Positions 1 to 8,537 of a stretch of 38,765 nucleotides of DNA are shown piece by piece (position 1 is the stretch's first letter; each line of letters opens with the position of its first letter). The stretch covers positions 1 to 38,765 of the forward strand of contig JBGZAX010000010.1 in the NCBI GenBank assembly GCA_041844335.1, in the 5' to 3' direction. Source of the DNA: Lachnospiraceae bacterium (GTDB lineage Bacteria > Bacillota > Clostridia > Lachnospirales > Lachnospiraceae). Both the position numbers and the translations under genes were made by a program. The notes below the pieces were generated by a model. That model was not told where the DNA came from. It ran no database searches and was given only the letters and a program-made list of their open reading frames with translations.

Positions 1-711
1 GGCAGACTTACAAACACCATAAGCGGTCTGGGCTACAAAACCTTTGAAGAATATGTTGATTACATACTGAAATGTAATGACAATGAGGCAATAGACACAC
101 TTATTAATAAGCTGACCACAAATTACACGTATTTTATGCGTGAAACGGCACACTTTGATTTTTTGAAATCCACCGTTCTTCCCTATCTTAGAGAAAGAGG
201 TGTTAAAAAGCTGGGTATTTGGAGTGCGGGATGCTCTACAGGTCAGGAACCGTACACTCTTGCAATGATTTTGACTGACTTTTTTGGGGAAAACAGCAGT
301 TGGGACTATAAGCTCCTGGCGTCCGATATCTCTAAAAGAGCCCTTGGTGAGGCTATAAATCCTATTTATCTTGATGAAGATTTAAAAGATCTTCCTAAAG
401 AATGGAGAGCCAAATATTTTATCAAAAATCCGGACGGTACCTACGGAATTGCTCCGAAGATTAGAAAAAATGTCGTATTTCGTACCTTTAACCTAATGGA
501 CGAAATTAAATTCAATACAAAATTTGATATAATCTTCTGTAGAAATGTTATGATTTATTTTGACGCACCCACAAAAGAGGGGCTTATTAATCGTTTCTAC
601 GAAGCTACGAATCCCGGAGGTTATCTATGTATCGGACATTCAGAGAGCCTTGCAAAGCTTAAAAATCCTTACGATTACGTGATGCCCTCCACTTTTAGAA
701 AGAAACTATAG
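1..711 (+). CDS. cheR: Chemotaxis protein methyltransferase CheR, 5' end truncated by the window edge
   Basis: The frame is open from base 1, upstream of the listed Met at 136, and reads ...NKLTTNYTYFMRE, the CheR N-domain TxFFRE-like motif. SAM-binding motif IWSAGCSTGQEPY and C-terminal GGYLCIGHSE. cheB follows immediately. Confidence 0.9.
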   Translation, partial: GRLTNTISGLGYKTFEEYVDYILKCNDNEAIDTLINKLTTNYTYFMRETAHFDFLKSTVLPYLRERGVKKLGIWSAGCSTGQEPYTLAMILTDFFGENSSWDYKLLASDISKRALGEAINPIYLDEDLKDLPKEWRAKYFIKNPDGTYGIAPKIRKNVVFRTFNLMDEIKFNTKFDIIFCRNVMIYFDAPTKEGLINRFYEATNPGGYLCIGHSESLAKLKNPYDYVMPSTFRKKL

Positions 712-727
712 AAAAAGGCGGAATAAA

Positions 728-1777
728 ATGCTTAAAAAAACCAGAATAATTGTTGTAGACGACTCTCCTTTATTCAGAAACTTTATCAGAGAGATCCTGT
801 CTACCGTTCCAACATTTGAAGTAATTGACACTGCCGGCAACGCTAAAGATGCTATGCCTAAGATTTTAAGTCAAAAGCCGGATGTCGTAACTCTTGATAT
901 TCAGATGCCGGGAATGTCAGGAATAGATATGCTTGGAGAACTTTTACCGCAATATAAGGTTCCTGTCATTTTAGTATCGTCACTTAATATGACGGTATTT
1001 GATGCTCTGAATGCCGGTGCCGTGGACTTTTTGGGAAAACCTGATTTTGTACAAAACCAGGGTAAAACATCTTTTGCTACCTTTCTTATTCAAAAAGTAA
1101 AAACGGCTGCCGTGTCCAAGGTTCAATTAAACGGCTCTCGCACGGCTGCTCCTATGCCTGTATCCAATCTTCCACAAAAAAACATATCATTTAATGTGAT
1201 AAATAATACGATAGTGGCGATAGGAGCCTCTACGGGCGGAACAGAGGCTACAATTCAGGTAATAAGAAATCTTCCGGAAAGGTTTCCGCCTGTTGTTATC
1301 ACTCAGCATATGGCTCCGGGCTTTACCGGTATGTATGTGGAGCGTTTAAATAGGCTCTGCAAAATGCCGGTTCACGAGACAAAACACGGAGACAAAATTC
1401 AGCCCGGAAATATATATCTCGCTCCGTCGGGCTTACATATGAAGCTTACCAAAACAGGAAATTCTATTACCGCAAATTGCTTTGACGGTCCCAGAATACA
1501 CGGTGTCATTCCTGCCGTCGACTATCTCTTTGAGTCTGTGGCAGCAATTTATAGAAATAATGCTGTCGGAATTATATTAACAGGTATGGGAGCCGACGGA
1601 GCCAAAACCTTACATATGATGCGTGCCGCCGGTGCATATACCATAGGTCAAAATAAAGAAACATGTGTAGTCTACGGTATGCCTATGGAGGCTAAGAAAA
1701 TAGGAGCCGTTTGCACAGAGCTGCCTATTGAAAAAATCCATGATAATTTAATGAAATATTTACAGAATAAGAAATGA
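728..1777 (+). CDS. cheB: Chemotaxis response regulator protein-glutamate methylesterase CheB
   Basis: N-terminal receiver domain (VVDDS ... TLDIQMPGMSG). C-terminal esterase with the GASTGG serine motif, TQHM histidine and GMGADG aspartate. Starts 17 nt after cheR. Confidence 0.92.
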   Translation: MLKKTRIIVVDDSPLFRNFIREILSTVPTFEVIDTAGNAKDAMPKILSQKPDVVTLDIQMPGMSGIDMLGELLPQYKVPVILVSSLNMTVFDALNAGAVDFLGKPDFVQNQGKTSFATFLIQKVKTAAVSKVQLNGSRTAAPMPVSNLPQKNISFNVINNTIVAIGASTGGTEATIQVIRNLPERFPPVVITQHMAPGFTGMYVERLNRLCKMPVHETKHGDKIQPGNIYLAPSGLHMKLTKTGNSITANCFDGPRIHGVIPAVDYLFESVAAIYRNNAVGIILTGMGADGAKTLHMMRAAGAYTIGQNKETCVVYGMPMEAKKIGAVCTELPIEKIHDNLMKYLQNKK

Positions 1778-1785
1778 GCTGATAT

Positions 1786-2667
1786 ATGAATATTTTTAAT
1801 AAACGGCCAAAATGGCTGGGCTTTCTATTTATATTTTTCGGCAGCGGACTTATAGCACTTGGCACTGCTATGTTTTATGACCCCGTAGGTATGGTCACAG
1901 GCGGCTTTGGCGGCGTTGCTATTATTTTAAAGGATTTTACAAGCAAAATTTTTAAAAATGACGGAGTTCCGTTATGGCTGACAAATGCTGTCCTTAACAT
2001 TCCGCTGTTCTTATTTGCATTTAAAAAACATGGTGGAAGATACCTTTTAAGAACATTCTTGTCTGTTGTCTTTTTGTCGCTTTGGCTTTTGATTCTACCG
2101 AGCTTTGCTCCTGTAAAAGATGATCTTTTCCTCACCAGTATATTTGGCGGAGTGACTATAGGCGTAGGACTTGGAATGGTATTATTATATGATACCACAA
2201 CAGGAGGCACCGATATGCTGGCGGTGCTTTTGCATGACAACCTTAAGAGCCGTTTTTCAATAAGTCAGATTATGCAGGTTATAGATGCTGTCATCGTGGC
2301 TGCAGGTGTTGTTGTATTTGGAATAAAAACCTCTCTTTACGCAATTATCTCAATATACATTGCTATGAAGATAATAGATGCCATCCTTGAGGGCACAAAG
2401 TTTGCAAAGGCGGCATTTATTATCACCGATCTGAGAAAAGAAGTGACGGATGCCATATTCAAAGACTTAGGAAGAGGGGTTACCGCAATAGATTGCGTGG
2501 GTATGTACTCAAAAATGAACAAAACTATGCTGATGTGTGTTGTGAGCAAGACAGAAATTTTCAATCTTCGCTGCTGTGTCGCAAATGCAGATTCAAAGGC
2601 ATTTGTCATAATAAGCGATGTCAGAGAGGTTTTTGGAGAGGGTTTTATAGAGGAAATGAAAAACTGA
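1786..2667 (+). CDS. YitT family membrane protein (DUF2179 C-terminal domain)
   Basis: Multi-pass hydrophobic N-terminal half with the TTGGTDM motif, followed by a soluble C-terminal ~80 aa ending VREVFGEGF, typical of YitT/DUF2179 proteins. Confidence 0.75.
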   Translation: MNIFNKRPKWLGFLFIFFGSGLIALGTAMFYDPVGMVTGGFGGVAIILKDFTSKIFKNDGVPLWLTNAVLNIPLFLFAFKKHGGRYLLRTFLSVVFLSLWLLILPSFAPVKDDLFLTSIFGGVTIGVGLGMVLLYDTTTGGTDMLAVLLHDNLKSRFSISQIMQVIDAVIVAAGVVVFGIKTSLYAIISIYIAMKIIDAILEGTKFAKAAFIITDLRKEVTDAIFKDLGRGVTAIDCVGMYSKMNKTMLMCVVSKTEIFNLRCCVANADSKAFVIISDVREVFGEGFIEEMKN

Positions 2668-2703
2668 TCTGAAAGAGGCTTTTTAAGCCTCTTTCAGATT
2701 TGT
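2667..2703 (+). terminator. Rho-independent terminator after the YitT-family gene
   Basis: Perfect 14-bp stem ATCTGAAAGAGGCT / AGCCTCTTTCAGAT with a 5-nt loop, followed by TTTGT. It overlaps the TGA stop codon. Confidence 0.7.
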
Positions 2704-2728
2704 AAAAAATTAAATATACTGATACAAT
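2700..2728 (+). promoter_or_regulatory. Putative sigma-70 promoter for the ABC exporter
   Basis: TTGTAA, 17-nt spacer, TACAAT, located ~38 nt upstream of the ATG at 2766. Confidence 0.45.
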
Positions 2729-2765
2729 TAGATTAAGTTTAGTGAAATTTGGAAAAGGAAATTTT

Positions 2766-4520
2766 ATGAAAAAGCTTACATCATTAAAAAAATTAATTGC
2801 ATATTACAAGCCTTATAAGCTGCTGTTTTTTGCAGACCTTTTATTCGCTTTAATAAGCTCCGTCTGTGCCCTTGCTATTCCGTTGTTTATAAGAGATATA
2901 ATAGATAAGGCGGGTATAATTGTCAAAAACGGAAATTTTAATATGACTGATGTGTTAAAAAGTCTTATAATAAAACCTACCGTCATAATGCTCTGTCTGA
3001 TTATTATTTCCGCCGCCTGCAACTATTTTATGGGATGCTACGGACATATTTTAGGTGCATATATTGAAAGGAATATGAGGACAGATATTTTTTCGCATTA
3101 TATGAAGCTCTCTTTTTCATTTTATGACAATCAAAATGTTGGAAATTTGCTGTCAAGGATAACCTCGGATCTCTTTGATATTACCGAGCTTTTACATCAT
3201 GGTCCGGAGGATATCTGCATTTCCATTATAACCATAATAGGCGCTACCATAATTTTATTTAAAATCAACTTTGTACTTTCACTCATCCTGCTTGCAATGG
3301 TTATAGTTATAGTCGCATTTATCTCTATTATGAACCAGCATATGGGCAGCGCATTCAGTGAAAACAGAAAAAACATAGGTATCATAAACGGACAAATAGA
3401 GGATTCTCTATCAGGTATAAGAGCCGTGAAATCCTTTGGAAATGAACGGCTTGAACTGGAAAAATTTGAAAAAGGTAACGGAAAATTCCTGAAATCAAAG
3501 AAAAGGACATATAAGGTATTAGGAGGTTTCTTCTCTGGAATGACCGCCTTATTTGAATTGATAAAGGTAGTCGTCTTAGTTGCGGGTATCTATCTGTTAC
3601 TACAAAATAAACTGACACAAAACGATCTGCTGACGTTTATCTTATATTTAAATGCAGTAATTGAACCGATTTTTAAGCTTGGAAATTTTACGGAAATGTT
3701 TCAAAACGGATATTCCGGCTACAACAGATTTTTGGAGATTATGGCTATTGCTCCCGACATTGCAGATAAAAATGATGCCATAAGCTTAGATAATGCTGAG
3801 GGTTCTATAGAATTCAAAAACGTATCATTCGGATATAATGAAAATGATATGGTGTTATCGGATATAAATCTCAAGATAAATAAAGGAGAATATATCGCCA
3901 TAGTGGGACCGTCGGGTGCCGGCAAAACTACCATATGCAGCCTTATTCCGAGATTTTATGAGCTGACGGGCGGACAAATTTTAATAGACAATATTGATAT
4001 TAGAGATATTAAATTAAAGAGTTTAAGAAAACAGATAGGAATAGTACAGCAAGACGTCTATATCTTCGCCGGAACTGTGGCTGAAAATATAGCCTACGGA
4101 AAAGAAAATGTCACGATGAAAGAGATAATAGAGGCGGCAAAAGCCGCAAATGCTCACGATTTCATTATGGAATTAGAGAACGGATATGATTCTGATATAG
4201 GTCAGAGAGGTGTAAAGCTTTCAGGAGGTCAAAAACAAAGAATATCAATTGCAAGAGTATTCCTTAAAAATCCGCCTATACTTATACTTGATGAGGCCAC
4301 ATCGGCTCTTGATAATACAAGCGAAAAAATCGTACAGAAATCTTTCGAAGCCCTGGCAAAAAACCGTACTACTCTGGTAATAGCACACAGATTATCTACT
4401 ATAAGAAACGCCAAGAGAATACTTGTATGCACTGAAGACGGAATTGTTCAGGACGGCACACATACTGAGCTTATCAATCAGGATGGGGTATACAAAGAGC
4501 TTAATTCACTTACTTTATAA
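2766..4520 (+). CDS. ABC transporter, fused permease/ATP-binding protein (MsbA/multidrug exporter type)
   Basis: Six-TM N-terminal domain, Walker A GPSGAGKTT, ABC signature LSGGQKQR, Walker B ILILDEATSALD, H-loop AHRL. I chose the ATG at 2766 (AAGGA RBS 7 nt upstream) over the GTG at 2742. Confidence 0.9.
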   Translation: MKKLTSLKKLIAYYKPYKLLFFADLLFALISSVCALAIPLFIRDIIDKAGIIVKNGNFNMTDVLKSLIIKPTVIMLCLIIISAACNYFMGCYGHILGAYIERNMRTDIFSHYMKLSFSFYDNQNVGNLLSRITSDLFDITELLHHGPEDICISIITIIGATIILFKINFVLSLILLAMVIVIVAFISIMNQHMGSAFSENRKNIGIINGQIEDSLSGIRAVKSFGNERLELEKFEKGNGKFLKSKKRTYKVLGGFFSGMTALFELIKVVVLVAGIYLLLQNKLTQNDLLTFILYLNAVIEPIFKLGNFTEMFQNGYSGYNRFLEIMAIAPDIADKNDAISLDNAEGSIEFKNVSFGYNENDMVLSDINLKINKGEYIAIVGPSGAGKTTICSLIPRFYELTGGQILIDNIDIRDIKLKSLRKQIGIVQQDVYIFAGTVAENIAYGKENVTMKEIIEAAKAANAHDFIMELENGYDSDIGQRGVKLSGGQKQRISIARVFLKNPPILILDEATSALDNTSEKIVQKSFEALAKNRTTLVIAHRLSTIRNAKRILVCTEDGIVQDGTHTELINQDGVYKELNSLTL

Positions 4521-4611
4521 AAAGATCGGATCATATACATACGAAACAAAGTTCAATCTCTATACCCTTTCCTTAGCTCATACTTATCAGTCGCTCGCAT
4601 TCATTGAGCGT

Positions 4612-5769
4612 TCATAGTATACCACCTATGCCGGTATCATTATTTATTGTACCCATATTGTATAAAATTATCACCTCAGGCACATTATTTTTATTTATAA
4701 AATCGCTCACCTTTTCTTTATAAATCCTTGTATCAAACACATGAATTTTTTTATAATGCCTGACAAGCATAGGAATAAAACAGTTGGCATAGCTGTCTTT
4801 TATGATAACAAGCTCTTTATCATTTGCACTATCCAAATTCTCAATACAGGCATATCCATGTAAATTATTAAGAAAATACGAATACTTATCTTTCTTATTT
4901 AAATATTCTTCAGCATAAGGTGTGTCAAAATCTTTATCAATATCAGAATATCTGACTTTCACTCTGTCTCTGTTGTCATAAGAATACATTGCTTCGCCTT
5001 TTATGCTGAAATCATTAACCTTTGAATAAACAGTTCCCCTAAAATCATCAGATACCTTCCGCTTATTCAATTTTTCTAAAGGAACCGCAGCTATGCCCTT
5101 TTCCTTACAGAACTCGGTATAGGCAATATATGCTCCAAGAGATGTCCAATGATGATCAAGTCTATAATACAGATTGTTTTCAGAGATATTTGCATTATAT
5201 TCATCGGCAGCTGAGAGTAAAGCCTTACTCACATCCATCCTTCTTATCCCCGACCGCTCGTAAAGCTTGTTCATATAATCAATTTGACCGCCGGCATCAG
5301 CATTAGCCGGCAATTTATCGGAATATACTGTAATAGCAGTGGGTACAAGCATTAAGGATACATCTTTTCCATTGATTTTATCATTAAAAGACCTTAAAAT
5401 CTGTGCTATTTTGTCAAGCCTGTTGTAGTCCTTAGGCTTTTCAATAAAAAAACCGTCCTTGCACAAATAGACATCATTTATTTCCGTCTTGCCGAGCAGT
5501 TTTTCAGATCCCGCCCTTATATTCATAAAAAAATCTCTTATCACAAAATGATCTGAGAACCAATCCTCAAGACTTTGCATAGCTGAGCCGTCCTGCAAAC
5601 TCTTAAAGCTGATTTTCGGTAACGTACTTAAGTACCTGTTCTCATTTTCTGAAAATATCGGCTCTTTTTTATATTTTTCCGGATTGGTAAAAATGAATAA
5701 AATACTGAAAACAGCTATTATAAGAGAACTTAATATTGTAATTAACCTCGAATACTGTTGTTTTTGCAT
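4612..5769 (-). CDS. DHHW family protein (AlgJ/DltD-like acyl-transfer accessory protein)
   Basis: N-terminal membrane anchor and the literal family motif YYRLDHHWTSLGAY. Lies directly downstream of an MBOAT gene. Confidence 0.8.
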   Translation of the reverse strand: MQKQQYSRLITILSSLIIAVFSILFIFTNPEKYKKEPIFSENENRYLSTLPKISFKSLQDGSAMQSLEDWFSDHFVIRDFFMNIRAGSEKLLGKTEINDVYLCKDGFFIEKPKDYNRLDKIAQILRSFNDKINGKDVSLMLVPTAITVYSDKLPANADAGGQIDYMNKLYERSGIRRMDVSKALLSAADEYNANISENNLYYRLDHHWTSLGAYIAYTEFCKEKGIAAVPLEKLNKRKVSDDFRGTVYSKVNDFSIKGEAMYSYDNRDRVKVRYSDIDKDFDTPYAEEYLNKKDKYSYFLNNLHGYACIENLDSANDKELVIIKDSYANCFIPMLVRHYKKIHVFDTRIYKEKVSDFINKNNVPEVIILYNMGTINNDTGIGGIL

Positions 5770-5784
5770 AAGTAAACTCCATAA

Positions 5785-7203
5785 TTAAAATCTAAAATAA
5801 AGAAAAGGGCTGTAGCTGTCAGAGACAAGGCTCGATACGCTTATCAAAAATAGGCATACGAAGACACCTAAAAATGCGACCTGTGCGACAATTCTCACTC
5901 CCTTGCTGCCGGACATATACAGTCTGTCTCTAAGATAAGGATAAATCGGATATGCAAGCAAAATGGTAATTAAAAGTATAATTTTAAAATTATTCAAATT
6001 ATAGTAGAAGTCAGCTCCTACAAAAGATGGTTTGCTTATACCTGAGGCAACTTTAAAATAATCAAACATTCTGACAAAATCAGTCATCGCAAATATTCCG
6101 AAGCCTGTCACGATCAAGATAACAGAATATATGTTTCTGATGATTTTAGGCAGTTTTTCAAGAAATCTTCCATACACATTTTTTTCAAGCAATAAAAAGA
6201 AAGCATGAAATATGCCCCAAAGCACGAAATTCCAAGATGCTCCATGCCAAAGACCGGTCGTAAACCACACAATTAAAATATTTCTGAATCTTCTAAGTCC
6301 GTCACAGCGATTTCCTCCCAGAGGAATATAGATATAATCCCTGAACCATGTAGACATAGAAATGTGCCAACGCCTCCAAAAATCTGTAATAGATAATGAC
6401 GACAAGGGATAATTGAAGTTTTCCAGGAAATGAAAGCCCATCATCTCTCCCATTCCTATTGCCATATCACTATATGCGGAAAAATCAAAATATAGCTGCA
6501 GCGTAAAAGATAAAAGTCCAAGCCATGAGCCTAAAAAAGACATATTGCTTATGCTCATGGAATTAAAGTTTTCCCAAAGCATACCCATCTGATCAGCAAT
6601 TAAAGCCTTCTTAAAAAATCCTAAGCAAAACCTCAAAAAACCGTCGCAAATTCCCTGTCCGGTAATATTTCTGTTTCTGAGTTCGGTTTGAACAGTGGCA
6701 AATCTTACAATGGGTCCTGCTATCAGCTGCGGAAACATTGATACATACATCAGGAAAAATGCATAGTTCTTCTCTACTTCTATCTCCCTTTTATACAAAT
6801 CTATAGTATAGCTCAGTGTCTGAAATGTAAAAAAGCTGATTCCTATAGGCAGCCTTATATTTCTGTGTGCTATATCACTACCTATTATGCCATTTACAAT
6901 ATCTATTAAAAAATCCGCGTATTTAAAATAGCAAAGAGCTGCAATACTCAGTATCACAGCTGAAATTATAACCAGCTTTCTTTTTAAATTATTATTGTCA
7001 AAATAGTTTATCAAAAGCCCCGCAATAAAATTTATTATAGTGACGATAAGCATTAATAATATGTATATCGGCTCACCCCAAGCATAAAATATCAAGCTGA
7101 ATACAAGCAAAACATAGTTTTTTGCTTTAAAAGGAACCGCATAATAAAATAATGCAAAAATAGGGAGAAACATAAATATAAAAGGAATACTGCTAAATAC
7201 CAC
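5785..7203 (-). CDS. MBOAT family O-acyltransferase (AlgI/DltB/PatA-like)
   Basis: 472-aa polytopic membrane protein with motifs FWRRWHISMSTWFRDYIYIPLGGNR and LWHGASWNF, which contains the catalytic His. GTG start preceded by an AGGAGGG RBS. Confidence 0.88.
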   Translation of the reverse strand: MVFSSIPFIFMFLPIFALFYYAVPFKAKNYVLLVFSLIFYAWGEPIYILLMLIVTIINFIAGLLINYFDNNNLKRKLVIISAVILSIAALCYFKYADFLIDIVNGIIGSDIAHRNIRLPIGISFFTFQTLSYTIDLYKREIEVEKNYAFFLMYVSMFPQLIAGPIVRFATVQTELRNRNITGQGICDGFLRFCLGFFKKALIADQMGMLWENFNSMSISNMSFLGSWLGLLSFTLQLYFDFSAYSDMAIGMGEMMGFHFLENFNYPLSSLSITDFWRRWHISMSTWFRDYIYIPLGGNRCDGLRRFRNILIVWFTTGLWHGASWNFVLWGIFHAFFLLLEKNVYGRFLEKLPKIIRNIYSVILIVTGFGIFAMTDFVRMFDYFKVASGISKPSFVGADFYYNLNNFKIILLITILLAYPIYPYLRDRLYMSGSKGVRIVAQVAFLGVFVCLFLISVSSLVSDSYSPFLYFRF

Positions 7204-7222
7204 TTAAATAATCCCTCCTGAA

Positions 7223-7738
7223 TTATTTTATGCCCGCATCTATTATCTTCTCAATCTCGTCGGACTTTTCGGAAATCACCAGATACACCGTATTCCCCTT
7301 TGTTTTTACCTTGGATTTATTGACTATCTCATACTGATCGGCGAGGTAGTCCTTCATTTCATGAACTTTTGCCTGTCTGAAACTCTGTATTTTAAGCTTC
7401 ATATCATCCAGATCCGCACTGTCCTTTACAGTAGCTATAATGACAGTATCCACCCGGATGCTGACTAATGATGTGGAAAATACATAATTTGACAGTTTTT
7501 CCGCATCTATATCATAATAGCTTGAAATATATTCCGCTTCCATCTCAAACATTTCCGGCAATACATCAAGAGCCTTTATCTCATCATAAATCTGTGTGGC
7601 GGTTTTTGATGTTTCATTTTCGGTTTTTTTACTCATTTCAGAATTGTTGCCGTTTTTATCGGCGGTATTATTCGATTTACAGGAAACAGCTACAAAGCAA
7701 AGTATCACACAAAGTCCTATAACAGCCAATTTTTTCAT
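7223..7738 (-). CDS. DUF4358-like lipoprotein
   Basis: Lipoprotein signal peptide with lipobox (FVAVSC). Size and sequence pattern match the DUF4358 proteins that accompany MBOAT/DHHW pairs in Clostridia. The family assignment is from memory. Confidence 0.6.
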   Translation of the reverse strand: MKKLAVIGLCVILCFVAVSCKSNNTADKNGNNSEMSKKTENETSKTATQIYDEIKALDVLPEMFEMEAEYISSYYDIDAEKLSNYVFSTSLVSIRVDTVIIATVKDSADLDDMKLKIQSFRQAKVHEMKDYLADQYEIVNKSKVKTKGNTVYLVISEKSDEIEKIIDAGIK

Positions 7739-8466
7739 TATCTTTCTATCTCCTTTTTAGCAGTCTCTTTTAATACCTTTGCCCAAATCTTAAAGGCTTT
7801 TTCGGTGTGATGACAGTACTTATCATTGCAATACTCATCCTTTAAATTTCCCTTTTTATCCTTTAATCTGTCGGCCAAATCTACAAAAGTCGCTTTATTT
7901 TTTGTTTCACAATAATTTTTTAATAAGGAATTAAACCTTTTGATATTTCTATTATTCAAATTTTTACCGGCATTCGCCTTATTTGAATGTAAATATGTGG
8001 TGCTTATAATAAAGATTTTTAAATTATTTCCGCAATTTTTTTGTATCCTGTCAATCTGTTCATCATACATTTTTAAACATTTTTCAGCACTATCTATCCC
8101 AAGATCATTCATTCCGAAAAACATAAAGAGATATTTAGGCTTTATAAGTGCGATAGAGTCTTCTATCTTCATCTTTTTACCCTTATAAATTGGAAAAACC
8201 GCATTCTTGTCACTCGTAGACCTTACCGCATTATGCAAAGAAAAACTGCCCTCCGCTAAAAAAGTCATCTTACCCGGTAATACCTTTTTATGCTTATAAG
8301 CATAGTTCCCGAAATGCTTTGCCACTGAATCTCCGGTCAAAACGGCATTATCAAAAAACTCCTTCATTCTGTCATCTGCATTTGAATTCATTTTTACAGT
8401 TATCAGAACCAAAACAAATGTTGAAACGAATAAAATTGGTTTTATTATTTTGGTTATTTTTTTCAT
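7738..8466 (-). CDS. SGNH/GDSL-type hydrolase or acyltransferase, membrane anchored
   Basis: N-terminal TM helix, block I LTGDSVAK, block III FFGMNDLG, and a distal D..H pair (NDKYCHH). Its stop overlaps the DUF4358 start by 1 nt. Confidence 0.65.
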   Translation of the reverse strand: MKKITKIIKPILFVSTFVLVLITVKMNSNADDRMKEFFDNAVLTGDSVAKHFGNYAYKHKKVLPGKMTFLAEGSFSLHNAVRSTSDKNAVFPIYKGKKMKIEDSIALIKPKYLFMFFGMNDLGIDSAEKCLKMYDEQIDRIQKNCGNNLKIFIISTTYLHSNKANAGKNLNNRNIKRFNSLLKNYCETKNKATFVDLADRLKDKKGNLKDEYCNDKYCHHTEKAFKIWAKVLKETAKKEIER

Positions 8467-8537
8467 TTAAACCTCCTATCATTCCTGTTTGATTTACTCT
8501 ATTAATATTTCTATTTTAACATTTTCTTTTAAATATT

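Noticed and set aside
4521-4611. Possible terminator between the convergent ABC exporter and DHHW genes (CGCTC-9 nt-GAGCG and the GATCGGATC palindrome)
   Set aside because: The stems are only 4-5 bp and no U-tract follows on either strand. This is too weak to annotate.
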